IMG/VR virus record: IMGVR_UViG_3300045988_161152
DNA: 64,000 nt
Reading direction: 5' to 3' (one strand)
Origin: a virus
Taxonomy: Duplodnaviria > Heunggongvirae > Uroviricota > Caudoviricetes
A program made the translations under genes and the position numbers. This document shows, piece by piece, positions 51,116 to 61,907 of this stretch (the stretch's first letter is position 1; every line of letters starts with the position of its first letter). The notes beneath the pieces are model-generated. The model was not told the origin of the DNA, did not search any database, and was given only the letters and a program-made list of their open reading frames with translations.

Positions 51116-52122
51116 CCACTATTGCCAAAGATCGACTACTGACAATCAAGCAGTGGCGCGAAACATACGGACCGGGTAGCAACGTTGTACTGCCAGCAGA
51201 AGAAGCGGAAGAACTGGCACGAATTGCTCTGGCATCGCTGGAAGCAGAGCCTGTTCTGTATCAGTCCTGCACTCGCCCCACTTGGAATAGCGGTGTTCCG
51301 TGGACGGAATGGAAAGAACGAAGTCGTGAGTGCTACGAAGACGATTTGCGCTTTACAGACACGCCTGACCATGCCGGTTGGATATACAAATGTCGAAAAT
51401 TATATACCACTCCGCCAGCGCCGATAGCGTTAGAGGCCATCGAAAACGCAATTGAATACATCCGCAGTATCGCTTTTCACATCGATGACGACGATTACCA
51501 CGGCAAACATATTGCGTATTTCATGCGACAAGCATTGGCCTGGCTGGAAGGGCATTCATGCAGCGACGACAGACTGGGTAAGGCCGACAATCAACCCGCA
51601 TCTGGTAACCAGGCTGCCGAATCCAATCGCGGTAATGAGTGGACCGGCAATCCTGATATTGATAACGCCATCATCATGCTCGACCGCATAGATACGGCGG
51701 AAAGTTGCGATGATGACCGTATTGAGGCCGTTAAGGCTGTGTTGCGTAGACTGGCAGGCAACTATCCGGATATTCCGGATAGTTCGGTGCCAGCGCCAGG
51801 AAAGGGCGTCACCGGTGAACGTATCCGCATTAAGCCGCATGTTTATCGCGAACTGGTTAACCGTCTCCACGATACAGCGATCAAGTGTGCTGGCACCCAG
51901 CAATTACGAGAAAGAATTAGCCGTGTTTTGGGCGACGTTATTACGCCATATCATCATAAACAAGCCGAGAAAAGCGGTCTGGAAAGGTGTCATCTTGAGG
52001 CAGCATTAAACATTAAGCCGGGGCATACGCTTGGCATTATTGATGCACTGTTGGTTCATAAGATGGCCAGGGCTTTATTGTCGTTGGTGGACGCTGGTGA
52101 TACAAGCGAGGGTGAAGTATGA
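51112..52122 (+). CDS. protein of unknown function (336 aa)
   Basis: Translationally coupled ORF. Confidence 0.3.
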   Translation: MTTIAKDRLLTIKQWRETYGPGSNVVLPAEEAEELARIALASLEAEPVLYQSCTRPTWNSGVPWTEWKERSRECYEDDLRFTDTPDHAGWIYKCRKLYTTPPAPIALEAIENAIEYIRSIAFHIDDDDYHGKHIAYFMRQALAWLEGHSCSDDRLGKADNQPASGNQAAESNRGNEWTGNPDIDNAIIMLDRIDTAESCDDDRIEAVKAVLRRLAGNYPDIPDSSVPAPGKGVTGERIRIKPHVYRELVNRLHDTAIKCAGTQQLRERISRVLGDVITPYHHKQAEKSGLERCHLEAALNIKPGHTLGIIDALLVHKMARALLSLVDAGDTSEGEV

Positions 52123-52481
52123 GAGTTGCAGATCACATCAAACACCTTGAAAGAATTATCGAAAACGGTGAACTCTTAAGAGATCAGATGAGACGCACGG
52201 CAGAAGCCAGGGAGGCGATAATCCGCAGTCAGGCTGGTAAATTAAAGCAATTGTCAGAGATTAACACGCTATACAAGAACAGACGTAACCGGGCGGTGAT
52301 GCGGCTTCAGAAAGCACGTAATGAAATTAAATTGGTGGAGGCAAAACTGAAAAAACAGATCCAGCGTTACGATCAGCAAGATGCTTTTTATGCCGCCATC
52401 AAGGCGGCTGCTAATGAAATAGGCATCTGGAAGTTGCTGGTGGAGAAAGCAAAGACGAAGTTAAATGCCAACGAAAGCTGA
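52119..52481 (+). CDS. coiled-coil protein of unknown function (120 aa), last gene of early operon
   Basis: Heptad-rich, basic. Confidence 0.3.
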   Translation: MRVADHIKHLERIIENGELLRDQMRRTAEAREAIIRSQAGKLKQLSEINTLYKNRRNRAVMRLQKARNEIKLVEAKLKKQIQRYDQQDAFYAAIKAAANEIGIWKLLVEKAKTKLNANES

Positions 52482-52537
52482 ACTACAGGTGCCCACCAGC
52501 ACATACAGAAAATGATTGTTTCCACATCAAGGAGATT

Positions 52538-52560
52538 TTAATGTTTCACTGAAACATTAA
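52538..52560. other. perfect palindrome TTAATGTTTCA-C-TGAAACATTAA
   Basis: 11-bp arms; overlaps stop codon of the minus-strand small ORF. Confidence 0.6.
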
Positions 52561-52694
52561 GTAAGCCAGTGCATAATTCCATTTTTTACTGACCTTAAAA
52601 GCAAAATCAAAACGATGATGAGGATAATAGCCAGAATCTGGCTAATAATAGGCGCATCTAAAAATGCACTCAGGAACTGAAAAAAAGCGTTCAT
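52557..52694 (-). CDS. small hydrophobic peptide (45 aa), type I toxin-like or holin-like; not in ORF track
   Basis: ATG 52694 with AAGGA SD 9 nt upstream; MNAFFQFLSAFLDAPIISQILAIILIIVLILLLRSVKNGIMHWLT. Confidence 0.35.
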   Translation of the reverse strand: MNAFFQFLSAFLDAPIISQILAIILIIVLILLLRSVKNGIMHWLT

Positions 52695-53556
52695 TCAGGT
52701 GGTTCCTTGTCAAATGTAAAGGTGCACTTGCTCACGTTGACGTAGAAACCCAACCCCTATATAGTTGGATTCGGTGAATGAAAGTCGTTAACGTGAGCTT
52801 ACGGCACATGTTTTCGGAAAAACATCAGGGAACGGCTAATTCCTTGATGCGGGTGGGGTCTGTAATACAGACCCTATCTATTAACGTCATGATTGCATCT
52901 CAAATTTTCTCCTTATCTTCAATTAATCTACATTCATTTCATCTGTTAGCCACCACAATATGTAGAAAATGGCCCTCTTGCAAGTGCATAACTTTGTGGA
53001 TAACTCAGGAAGGAAAAAGTGGCTTTCGCGCACCTTCGGTCAGACAAGGTGTCCGGGAAAGTCAACGCAAAGAAAAAAATTGTTAAAAATAACGTTTGTT
53101 GGAATTGTATATTTTTATCCCCTTCAATGGTTAGCATTCCATTAACATCTTTTTTTAGAGACAGAAAAACATATCGTAACAACATATATACAGTATTAAG
53201 AGGCGAGTATTATCCTGCGGTGGGAATTCTGGGCGCTGTTAGATTCGACTTTCTCAGCAGGATTACATCGTCAACTTGCGACGTTGCCGTATGACTTTCG
53301 TGTAATAGGTGACAATGATGCGGCTAGTGAGTTACTTGTGAAGTTTTTCGGAAAAGGTTTTGTGGCCTCGGATCTTGATGAGCTACAGCAACATGAAGTG
53401 TCTAATTTGATTTTTAGCCATAGCCAATAAGCCTCCCTCCTCCATCAAGGCCACAATTTGTGACCTTAAACAATTTGTTTTCTGCTTTTTCTTATTTGAG
53501 AAAATAACGTTGTTGACAGCTAATAGGCTCGTTGTTGTTATACATGCCTGTATAGA

Positions 53557-53913
53557 TTATGACCGTAAATTATTAGCGGATTTTAAGCCATATTCACCGT
53601 TGTAGAAATTACTCATGTTCCATTCATTAGGAAGTTCTTTTCTGTCCAATGTATAGTGGCGCACGATATAACGATCTTCATCTTCTTCGATGGACAGGCG
53701 GACATAGCCAATGTGGATCACCGATACGGGCGGTGTTCGTATTGCATAGATGTCGCGGAGATATACCGGTAGCTCGACAAATGCATCAGGTGCATCTGTG
53801 ATGCTCGTTTTTTCACAGTATTCATATAACGCATCGTTGATATCGTTAAGAGATTCATGATCGTATATTTCCAGGTAATTACCGCGATCGCGATGGTACT
53901 CGATTTTAGCCAT
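53557..53913 (-). CDS. protein of unknown function (118 aa)
   Basis: Second gene of minus-strand pair divergent from humD. Confidence 0.35.
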   Translation of the reverse strand: MAKIEYHRDRGNYLEIYDHESLNDINDALYEYCEKTSITDAPDAFVELPVYLRDIYAIRTPPVSVIHIGYVRLSIEEDEDRYIVRHYTLDRKELPNEWNMSNFYNGEYGLKSANNLRS

Positions 53914-54498
53914 TCAAAATCCCCTGTTATCGTTTTGCATTTCTCTAATCCGGTTCAGAACTACTTCATGCTGGGCTTGGATAGCGGCTTTTTCGTTTTC
54001 AAGTCGGGCAATAGACATCTCTAATTCTTTGCTGTACCAGGCGAGTTGGGCCAGGTTCATCCGGTTGTGGTCGAGAGTTGGAGACACTTCGACGCGCTCC
54101 CTTTCTTCCTGCTTTAATGAGAAGAGATTCATCTCATCCCTAGAGGAAAATTCAGCAACAATTTCTTGTTGATGATCCGGTCGCTGCGGCATCCTCGCCA
54201 GTATAAATGGCGGTTCTTTTGAAAACATGAATGTCGGTTCAGAACGTGTTTTCACCCATCTAGCCTGCTGTCTTTCGGCAAGTTCACAGGCTTCATCATA
54301 GTTATTTGCCAAACCAAGCACGGATGGGCGGTCCCACGCGCCACCATTCAGACAATAAACAACAATTTTCCCGTCATGTTCTGTAACCCCATAGGGATGG
54401 TCCCACCAGGCGTCCAGCTGAGCTTTAGAGCGTTTCTCGTTAGGAGTGCAGTCAAAATTTTTGGGCAATACAGGATCGAGAGGAATGCGATTAGGCAT
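53914..54498 (-). CDS. protein of unknown function (194 aa), candidate LexA-regulated gene (P1 lxr region)
   Basis: Starts 138 bp from the LexA box shared with humD. Confidence 0.35.
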   Translation of the reverse strand: MPNRIPLDPVLPKNFDCTPNEKRSKAQLDAWWDHPYGVTEHDGKIVVYCLNGGAWDRPSVLGLANNYDEACELAERQQARWVKTRSEPTFMFSKEPPFILARMPQRPDHQQEIVAEFSSRDEMNLFSLKQEERERVEVSPTLDHNRMNLAQLAWYSKELEMSIARLENEKAAIQAQHEVVLNRIREMQNDNRGF

Positions 54499-54635
54499 AG
54501 CTAATTCCTTATTAACTGATTGGCAACGAGGTTACGCTGATCCGTTGGTGATGAATAGTAGCAAAGAGCACAAAATCATCAGCGGTGGTTGATGTACGTA
54601 ACGCGTTTGCACCAAAGGTGTCTCTTTAATGTATA

Positions 54636-54651
54636 CTGTATAAATGAACAG
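54636..54651. promoter_or_regulatory. LexA (SOS) box CTGTATAAATGAACAG
   Basis: CTGT-N8-ACAG inside TACTGTATAAATGAACAGTA, 22 bp upstream of humD. Confidence 0.8.
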
Positions 54652-54672
54652 TATTATTGAGGTGAAAACGCT

Positions 54673-55062
54673 ATGGGCTTCCCTTCTCCTGCGGCGGATT
54701 ATGTTGAAAGCCGAATTTCTCTTGATCAGCAACTAATCAGGCATCCATCAGCAACCTACTTCATGCGGGCAGCTGATAGCCATCACCGTGAGGGAATATT
54801 GCAGGGTGCTTTGCTGGTGGTTGATTCCTCGCTTACTCCGGTTGATGGTTCTCTGCTTGTCTGCGCTATGGAGGGTGAATATCGCATAAAGAGATACCGA
54901 AAGTATCCGCGCCAGCACCTGGAGGATTTAAGCACCGGGAAGAAAGAGGCGTTACCAGTAGATGACGATGGTTACACGGGTAGTAATGCTGTTTTTGGTG
55001 TGATCACTCATGTCATCAATGATGCCCGAAGTGGGGAATTTGATGATTGTCCGGTGATTTAA
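54673..55062 (+). CDS. humD: UmuD'-like translesion-synthesis accessory protein HumD
   Basis: MGFPSPAADYVESRISLDQQLIRHPSATYF... aligns with UmuD from its processed N-terminus. Confidence 0.8.
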   Translation: MGFPSPAADYVESRISLDQQLIRHPSATYFMRAADSHHREGILQGALLVVDSSLTPVDGSLLVCAMEGEYRIKRYRKYPRQHLEDLSTGKKEALPVDDDGYTGSNAVFGVITHVINDARSGEFDDCPVI

Positions 55063-55134
55063 GCTGCAAAGTGCTGGTGCTTTATGCCTGTGAAGTTTAT
55101 AATTGTGTACACATAACGAGTACACGAGGTGTTT

Positions 55135-55356
55135 ATGCAATCCATTAACTTCCGTACCGCGCGCGGCAACCTTTCTGAAGTGCTCAACAATGTTGAAGCC
55201 GGGGAAGAGGTTGAAATCACCCGCAGAGGCCGTGAGCCAGCAGTAATTGTCAGCAAGGCTACTTTCGAAGCCTACAAAAAAGCGGCGCTGGATGCTGAAT
55301 TTGCATCCCTGTTTGACACCCTGGACTCCACCAACAAGGAACTGGTTAACCGATAA
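55135..55356 (+). CDS. phd: antitoxin Phd
   Basis: 73 aa, [41 protein letters not shown]... Confidence 0.9.
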   Translation: MQSINFRTARGNLSEVLNNVEAGEEVEITRRGREPAVIVSKATFEAYKKAALDAEFASLFDTLDSTNKELVNR

Positions 55357-55736
55357 TGAGACATATATCACCGGAAGAACTTGTTGCGCTTCATGATGCG
55401 AATATAAGCCGCTACGGCGGCCTGCCGGGAATGTCTGATCCGGGTAGGGCAGAGGCCATTATCGGGAGAGTTCAGGCCAGAGTTGCCTACGAAGAGATCA
55501 CCGACCTTTTCGAAGTCTCCGCCACCTACCTGGTGGCTACAGCGAGAGGGCATATATTCAATGATGCCAATAAGCGTACCGCGCTAAACAGTGCGCTGCT
55601 ATTTCTACGCCGTAACGGGGTGCAGGTATTTGATTCACCTGAACTGGCAGACCTTACCGTAGGCGCTGCGACTGGCGAGATATCTGTATCTTCTGTCGCC
55701 GACACGTTACGTAGATTGTATGGTTCTGCGGAGTAG
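55356..55736 (+). CDS. doc: toxin Doc (Fic-fold kinase)
   Basis: 126 aa, [36 protein letters not shown]...; start overlaps phd stop. Confidence 0.9.
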
Positions 55737-55740
55737 ATTA

Positions 55741-55920
55741 ATGGCACGTAAATACAACAAGTTGTCCCGTGAAGCGTTAAAGATGCTTCTTGATGGCGTG
55801 AGCCGCCGCAAGGTAAAGCAATACCTGGTCGGTAAGCAAATTGGAGTCAGGACCGCTATTGCTGTGTTATGCCGTCAGGAAATGGTTGTGCTTAAACAGA
55901 GAATGCCGGGCAGCAGATAA
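55741..55920 (+). CDS. small basic protein (P1 pdcA position)
   Basis: MARKYNKLSREALKMLLDGVSRRKVKQYLVGKQ... Confidence 0.35.
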   Translation: MARKYNKLSREALKMLLDGVSRRKVKQYLVGKQIGVRTAIAVLCRQEMVVLKQRMPGSR

Positions 55921-55947
55921 AGCCCAATCAGTGATTAAAGGTGTGAT

Positions 55948-56991
55948 GTGAAAGCCATAATTACTCCCTTTGTACAGAAAGAGCTTGGCCTCGCCACGTT
56001 CAAAGTGGATCAGGAGGTCAGAAAGCTGGTGGAGGCTGGCCGTAAATTTATTATGGAGCCGGTGCCGCGTGAGTTAATCGAGCACATGGAAGACGGCCTC
56101 GTTGTTACCGAGCAAACCATGGCAACAAATGAGGCGTTGCAGCCGTTTTTTAACAGCGATGAACTGTTTCGCCGTATTGGTGGAATTGACTCGCTGGTGG
56201 CGTGGTTGCGTAGGAAAGAGGGTCAATGCCAGGCCGCAGATCGTAGTTGGTGTGACAACCATATTGTCCACGCTGAACGAGACAATAGCGCGGTGTTGTT
56301 GTGCTGGCATCACGATAACCATTACCGGATGCGTGGTTTTAATGAGCTGAAAGAAACGTTGCACAATAATCGCGTTAACTGGATACTGGATGTCGCCCGT
56401 CAGGAAATGGGCCTTTCAAATAGCCATGATTTAAGTATTCAGGAGCTGTGCTGGTGGGCTTTCATGCGCAACATGATGCACCTGATGCCGGAAGAAGTCT
56501 GCCGCATATCAATAAATAAGATGAAGGCTACTCCGCAGGATAGCGGACCTCTGAAAGAGGCGGATATTCGCCCGTATGACGATCGCGCTACAGCATATGT
56601 TCAGATGATGGAAGAACGCGCCGCGCCGATGCGTGCAAAAGTATGCCCTGTGGATGTTGACTCCGACCCAGGTATGGCGCATTTCAAAATACCAAAACTT
56701 CAATCGCTAAAATTGCCCGAGTACATGGACTTTGTGGCTTCCCGTCCATGCTGTGGCTGTGGAGCTGCGGGAGCTGGCGCTCACATTACGCCTTATATCG
56801 TTCGTCATAGTCGATTATGCGCGCATGACATTTATGCTATTCCTCTGTGCCAGTCATGCCAGCGTGATATTGAGCGTGACCGCGATAATTGGGAGAAGAC
56901 GCACGGTAGGCTGGCGATGCATCAACGATTGTTCTTTGATTACGCGCTTGGAGTCGGCGCTATCACAAGTCATTCGTCGAGCGTTAGATAA
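55948..56991 (+). CDS. Cys-rich protein (P1 pdcB position)
   Basis: 347 aa; C-terminal [12 protein letters not shown]...[18 protein letters not shown]. Confidence 0.4.
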   Translation: MKAIITPFVQKELGLATFKVDQEVRKLVEAGRKFIMEPVPRELIEHMEDGLVVTEQTMATNEALQPFFNSDELFRRIGGIDSLVAWLRRKEGQCQAADRSWCDNHIVHAERDNSAVLLCWHHDNHYRMRGFNELKETLHNNRVNWILDVARQEMGLSNSHDLSIQELCWWAFMRNMMHLMPEEVCRISINKMKATPQDSGPLKEADIRPYDDRATAYVQMMEERAAPMRAKVCPVDVDSDPGMAHFKIPKLQSLKLPEYMDFVASRPCCGCGAAGAGAHITPYIVRHSRLCAHDIYAIPLCQSCQRDIERDRDNWEKTHGRLAMHQRLFFDYALGVGAITSHSSSVR

Positions 56992-56992
56992 A

Positions 56993-57009
56993 ATTGCTCT
57001 AATGTATTG
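56993..57009 (+). promoter_or_regulatory. C1 operator-like site upstream of lpa
   Basis: attgctctaatgtattg; first 11 nt match consensus. Confidence 0.4.
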
Positions 57010-57079
57010 CTATTTCTTTAATCGAGGGTATTATATTCGACGTTGATTAGTTGACATGGGCTAATCAGTAGGTGACAGG

Positions 57080-57532
57080 ATGTTACTTAACTGGCAGGGA
57101 CGCCACTTCATGGAAATAAATCACTCACGAATAACATCGTACGAGATTGCGGATTACATGATCCGCACTAAATCTCTTCTATCAGCGAAAGAACTCGCAG
57201 CAATTCTTGAAAAGGAATACCCGCATCTGGATGTCGATAAGCGCGATGTTTATCTGCGCTTAAAGGCTATCGCTGTGTCTAAGTATTCGTCTGTTTTGAT
57301 TGATGACAGTACACGCCCACGTAGATTTCAGATCCACTCTCTGAATCCTGAATTCTTTCGCCGCAGCCGCGCTCCGCGCCGGTTTGATGAAAAACTCCAG
57401 AACGAACTCTATATGACGCAGGACGAAAAGGAACGCCGGGAGCACCAGCCTTGGGTGATGGCGCGTCAACTTTTCAATAAGGTGGTCCGTCAGCACCGTC
57501 ATTACGGTAATGCCACATCCGCACGTATCTGA
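57080..57532 (+). CDS. lpa: late promoter activator Lpa
   Basis: 150-aa ORF between operator and pacA; by size and synteny. Confidence 0.55.
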   Translation: MLLNWQGRHFMEINHSRITSYEIADYMIRTKSLLSAKELAAILEKEYPHLDVDKRDVYLRLKAIAVSKYSSVLIDDSTRPRRFQIHSLNPEFFRRSRAPRRFDEKLQNELYMTQDEKERREHQPWVMARQLFNKVVRQHRHYGNATSARI

Positions 57533-57618
57533 TTGATTGCTTGCCCGTTCCGGGCCTTTTGACATGTGACTTTCGTTACCCTCGCGTCAAAAAGAGTTTT
57601 ATACGAAAGGAAGCATAA

Positions 57619-58812
57619 GTGACCTGGGACGATCACAAGAAGAATTTTGCTCGCCTGGCGCGAGATGGTGGTTACACCATCGCACAGTATGCCGCCGAGT
57701 TTAATCTTAACCCTAATACCGCACGTCGTTATCTCCGTGCCTTCAAAGAAGACACCAGGACAGCGGACAGCCGCAAGCCAAATAAGCCAGTCAGGAAGCC
57801 TCTAAAAAGCATGATCATTGATCACGCTAATGATCAACGTGCATGTGATCACATTGTGGCTGAAATGGCTGAAAAACAAAGAGTTAATGCTGTTGTCAGT
57901 GCCGCAGTCGAGAACGCTAAGCGCCAAAATAAGCGCATAAATGATCGTTCTGATGATCATGACGTGATCACCCGCGCCCACCGTACCTTACGTGATCGCC
58001 TGGAACGCGACACCCTGGATGATGATGGTGAACGCTTTGAATTCGAAGCTGGCGATTACCTGATAGATAACGTTGAAGCGCGGAAGGCCGCGCGCGCTAT
58101 GTTGCGTCGGTCCGGGGCCGATGTTCTGGAAACCACTCTTCTGGAAAAGTCTCTTTCTCATCTCCTTATGCTGGAGAACGCCAGGGATACGTGTATTCGC
58201 CTGGTGCAGGAAATGCGCGATCAGCAAAAAGACGATGATGAAGGTACTCCGCCTGAATACCGTATCGCGAGCATGCTAAACAGCTGTTCCGCGCAGATAA
58301 GCAGCCTGATCAACACCATTTACAGCATCCGGAATAACTATCGAAAAGAAAGCCGGGAGGCGGAAAAGCACGCTTTATCTATGGGGCAAGCTGGCATTGT
58401 TAAGCTGGCATACGAACGAAAGCGTGAAAATAACTGGTCAGTGCTGGAAGCGGCTGAATTCATCGAGGCGCATGGAGGAAAAGTGCCTCCCCTGATGCTG
58501 GAGCAAATCAAAGCCGATCTGCGTGCTCCTAAGACCAATACCGATGATGAGGAAAACCAAACAGCATCTGGCGCTCCATCACTTGAAGATCTGGATAAAA
58601 TCGCGCGAGAACGGGCCGCCAGCCGCCGCGCTGATGCCGCATTGTGGATTGAGCATCGTAGAGAAGAAATTGCCGATATCGTCGATACAGGTGGTTATGG
58701 TGATGTCGATGCGGAAGGCATATCAAACGAAGCATGGCTTGAACAGGATCTGGACGAAGACGAGGAGGAAGACGAAGAAGTTACCCGCAAACTGTACGGG
58801 GATGATGATTAA
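57619..58812 (+). CDS. pacA: terminase small subunit PacA
   Basis: GTG start with AAGGAAG SD; 397 aa; contains pac hexamer cluster; acidic C-terminus. Confidence 0.8.
57812..57970. other. pac packaging site: TGATCA/G hexamers in clusters of four and three, each containing a Dam GATC
   Basis: TGATCA at 57812, 57819, 57831, 57846 and TGATCG/TGATCA at 57942, 57954, 57965. Confidence 0.8.
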
Positions 58813-60296
58813 TGGCCAGAAGTTGCGTAACGGACCCACGTTGGCGCGAGCTTGTGGCGCTATATCGTTATGACTGGATTGCGGCCGCTGATGTGTTGTT
58901 TGGGAAGACACCAACCTGGCAGCAGGATGAGATCATTGAGTCCACGCAGCAGGACGGCAGTTGGACAAGTGTGACCTCCGGCCATGGTACTGGTAAATCG
59001 GATATGACGAGTATCATTGCAATACTCTTCATCATGTTTTTCCCCGGCGCTCGCGTCATTCTGGTCGCTAACAAAAGACAGCAAGTCCTTGATGGTATTT
59101 TCAAATACATAAAGAGCAATTGGGCTACTGCTGTTAGCAGATTCCCGTGGTTGTCGAAGTATTTCATTCTTACAGAAACGTCTTTTTTTGAGGTGACTGG
59201 CAAGGGTGTTTGGACAATATTGATAAAGTCCTGTCGCCCCGGGAATGAGGAGGCGTTGGCTGGTGAACACGCCGATCATCTCTTGTATATCATCGACGAA
59301 GCGTCGGGTGTGAGTGATAAAGCATTCAGTGTGATAACAGGTGCGCTGACCGGTAAGGATAACCGTATTCTGCTTCTTTCCCAGCCTACGCGACCTTCAG
59401 GCTATTTCTACGATTCACACCACAGACTAGCTATTCGCCCGGGAAATCCTGATGGATTGTTTACTGCGATAATACTGAATAGTGAAGAATCTCCGCTTGT
59501 AGATGCAAAATTTATACGAGCAAAACTTGCGGAGTATGGCGGTCGTGATAACCCCATGTACATGATCAAAGTACGTGGTGAATTTCCCAAATCTCAAGAT
59601 GGCTTTCTTCTTGGTCGTGATGAGGTTGAGCGGGCGACGCGGCGAAAGGTCAAGATTGCCAAAGGATGGGGCTGGGTTGCATGTGTTGACGTTGCTGGTG
59701 GCACAGGACGAGATAAGTCCGTTATTAATATCATGATGGTGTCCGGCCAGCGAAATAAACGCCGTGTAATCAACTATCGTATGCTGGAATACACAGACGT
59801 TACAGAAACGCAGTTAGCCGCCAAGATTTTCGCAGAATGTAACCCAGAACGGTTCCCGAACATAACCATAGCTATTGATGGCGATGGCTTGGGGAAATCG
59901 ACGGCTGATCTAATGTACGAACGCTATGGCATTACCGTCCAGCGTATCCGCTGGGGTAAAAAGATGCACAGCCGTGAAGATAAAAGCCTTTATTTCGATA
60001 TGCGCGCTTTCGCGAATATTCAGGCGGCAGAAGCTGTAAAATCAGGGCGTATGAGGCTTGATAAGGGGGCTGCGACTATAGAGGAAGCATCAAAGATACC
60101 GGTAGGGATAAATTCCGCAGGTCAATGGAAGGTGATGTCAAAGGAAGATATGAAGAAAAAACTCAACCTGCACTCACCGGACCATTGGGATACATATTGT
60201 TTCGCTATGTTGGCGAACTATGTTCCCCAGGATGAAGTGCTTAGCGTCGAAGACGAAGCGCAGGTTGATGAAGCTCTGGCATGGCTTAATGAATAA
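58812..60296 (+). CDS. pacB: terminase large subunit PacB
   Basis: 494-aa ORF overlapping pacA stop. Confidence 0.75.
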
Positions 60297-60320
60297 CTCA
60301 TTAACCATGCCGGATAGAAA

Positions 60321-61172
60321 CTATTGCGCGCTTTCGGGGTTGTCGTTTACTGGCTGCCCCTTCTTAGTTTTACGGCTGCGCGTAACTGATGCGGCTGATT
60401 TGACCTTTTTCTCTTCGCGAGTGATGGCAATTTGTTTTTTTACATTTTCAATATCTGCCAGGCGATATATTTTTGCCTGCGGCCAGCGGTCGCAGATGAT
60501 CGGTTCTATAGAGTCATAAAGGCTAAATTTTGCTTTCTCGAATTCACCGTTGATGATGATTCCATCACGGAGAGTTTCATCGCAGATAAACACACCACAC
60601 AGCGGCACATGGTAACTAACTGATTTACCATCATTGTAGTTAGGGCTACTGGAAATGTAATGGACGCGCAGCATTGTTTCGCTAAAGCCGTGTACACGCA
60701 TACGGAATTTTTCATCCTCCGGGTACTGCTTCATTAGCTCTTTTGTTGCTTCCAGGTTCTCTATGTATTTCGCACTGTGCTCATTGATCCCCGCGCTTTT
60801 CTGGATGCGAATGTCCTTATCAATCAGATGAATAATGCGGCCAGCGGTCATGTTGACGCTGTTCACAGCTTCTGTCTGATACGTTGTAACCTTACGCACA
60901 CCGCGAAGGATGTTAGGCACTGGATATAAAATAGTCTTTGGGATATTGAGGTCTGGGTACTGTTCCAGTTCTCGCGCCATTAAAGTCCATTTATCAATTT
61001 CAGCCTGAATGCTGTCCGTTTCTTTGAACGGCAGAACGACAACCGGGCGTACAGGACGACCGTCGCTGGCGGCATCAACGTGTTGGGCGCGTGCAACAGC
61101 TTTTTTTAGAAAGAGATCCCTGAAGCTGACGAACTCCTGGTACAGTTGTTCGCCGTAGACATAATTTATCAT
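60321..61172 (-). CDS. c1: C1 repressor of lysis
   Basis: 283 aa, MINYVYGEQLYQEFVSFRDLFLKKAVARAQHVD...; cognate operator motif occurs throughout window. Confidence 0.85.
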   Translation of the reverse strand: MINYVYGEQLYQEFVSFRDLFLKKAVARAQHVDAASDGRPVRPVVVLPFKETDSIQAEIDKWTLMARELEQYPDLNIPKTILYPVPNILRGVRKVTTYQTEAVNSVNMTAGRIIHLIDKDIRIQKSAGINEHSAKYIENLEATKELMKQYPEDEKFRMRVHGFSETMLRVHYISSSPNYNDGKSVSYHVPLCGVFICDETLRDGIIINGEFEKAKFSLYDSIEPIICDRWPQAKIYRLADIENVKKQIAITREEKKVKSAASVTRSRKTKKGQPVNDNPESAQ

Positions 61173-61194
61173 TGATCCTCCTCCAGAATTGACA

Positions 61195-61229
61195 TGGCCA
61201 ACAACTCACAGCGGATTACACTGGGAGTT
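61195..61229 (-). promoter_or_regulatory. 10-bp perfect inverted repeat (CCAACAACTC / GAGTTGTTGG) in c1 leader between coi and c1
   Basis: Read directly; 15-nt spacer; no T-run. Confidence 0.45.
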
Positions 61230-61267
61230 GTTGGCCACCATTATAGAAGGATCCAACGAAAATAATA

Positions 61268-61284
61268 GATTTATTAGTGCATTT
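61268..61284 (-). promoter_or_regulatory. C1 operator-like site near coi/c1 junction
   Basis: atttattagtgcat, inverted orientation, partial match. Confidence 0.35.
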
Positions 61285-61492
61285 ATTGTGAGTCTGGCTG
61301 GTTAGTGGCCATGAGATATTCGATTGTGTCAGTGAGATCATCCAGGTCGTCTTGGGTGATGCGGTACTCCTGATTGGATATCTTTGAGTAGTGTTCAGCA
61401 ATGGCGCGGGCAGCGTCGGTTTCGGCAGGGTCTACAGATAAAGCGTTAGAGCAATGTCTAACGTCGTCGATGGTTGGTGGAATGAAAGCCAT
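61283..61492 (-). CDS. coi: C1 inactivator Coi
   Basis: 69-aa ORF immediately upstream of c1. Confidence 0.75.
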   Translation of the reverse strand: MAFIPPTIDDVRHCSNALSVDPAETDAARAIAEHYSKISNQEYRITQDDLDDLTDTIEYLMATNQPDSQ

Positions 61493-61730
61493 AATTATGC
61501 CTCACTGTATTGACAACACAGAGCCTGAAGCTCTGACCTACTGTTTCACCCATGATCCATGCTGGGGTAATCTAACAACATTGCGCTGTGTGTAAGATGA
61601 GCAATGCATAGCTGTAATGCCGTTGTATAAGGTTTCCCTGTTTGCTCATTTCCTTCTGAGCCGCTCTACAACGCTGAAGACACATTAAATAGTGAATCCA
61701 AAGTCGTATTACGAAACGGCGGCAAAACTA

Positions 61731-61747
61731 TAATTTATTAGAGCAAT
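61731..61747 (-). promoter_or_regulatory. C1 operator (inverted; Op99-type) upstream of coi
   Basis: aatttattagagcaat = reverse complement of ATTGCTCTAATAAATT. Confidence 0.65.
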
Positions 61748-61813
61748 TGTCAAACAACAATGAAAAACAATCCAGTTTTTGGCTGGTGGAGTGGGATTTT
61801 TCTCTCAAAATTT

Positions 61814-61830
61814 ATTGCTCTAATAATTCT
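61814..61830 (+). promoter_or_regulatory. C1 operator-like site ATTGCTCTAATAATTCT
   Basis: 14/17 match. Confidence 0.5.
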
Positions 61831-61873
61831 TGATTTTTATGCGCAGCTGGACGTAAACTCCTCTTCGGACCTA

Positions 61874-61907
61874 ATAACTTCGTATAGCATACATTATACG
61901 AAGTTAT
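61874..61907. other. loxP: loxP recombination site
   Basis: Exact ATAACTTCGTATA-GCATACAT-TATACGAAGTTAT. Confidence 0.98.

Noticed and set aside
53170-53200. Second LexA box (CATATATACAG)
   Set aside because: Only the right half-site ACAG with an AT-rich spacer is present; the left CTGT is missing.
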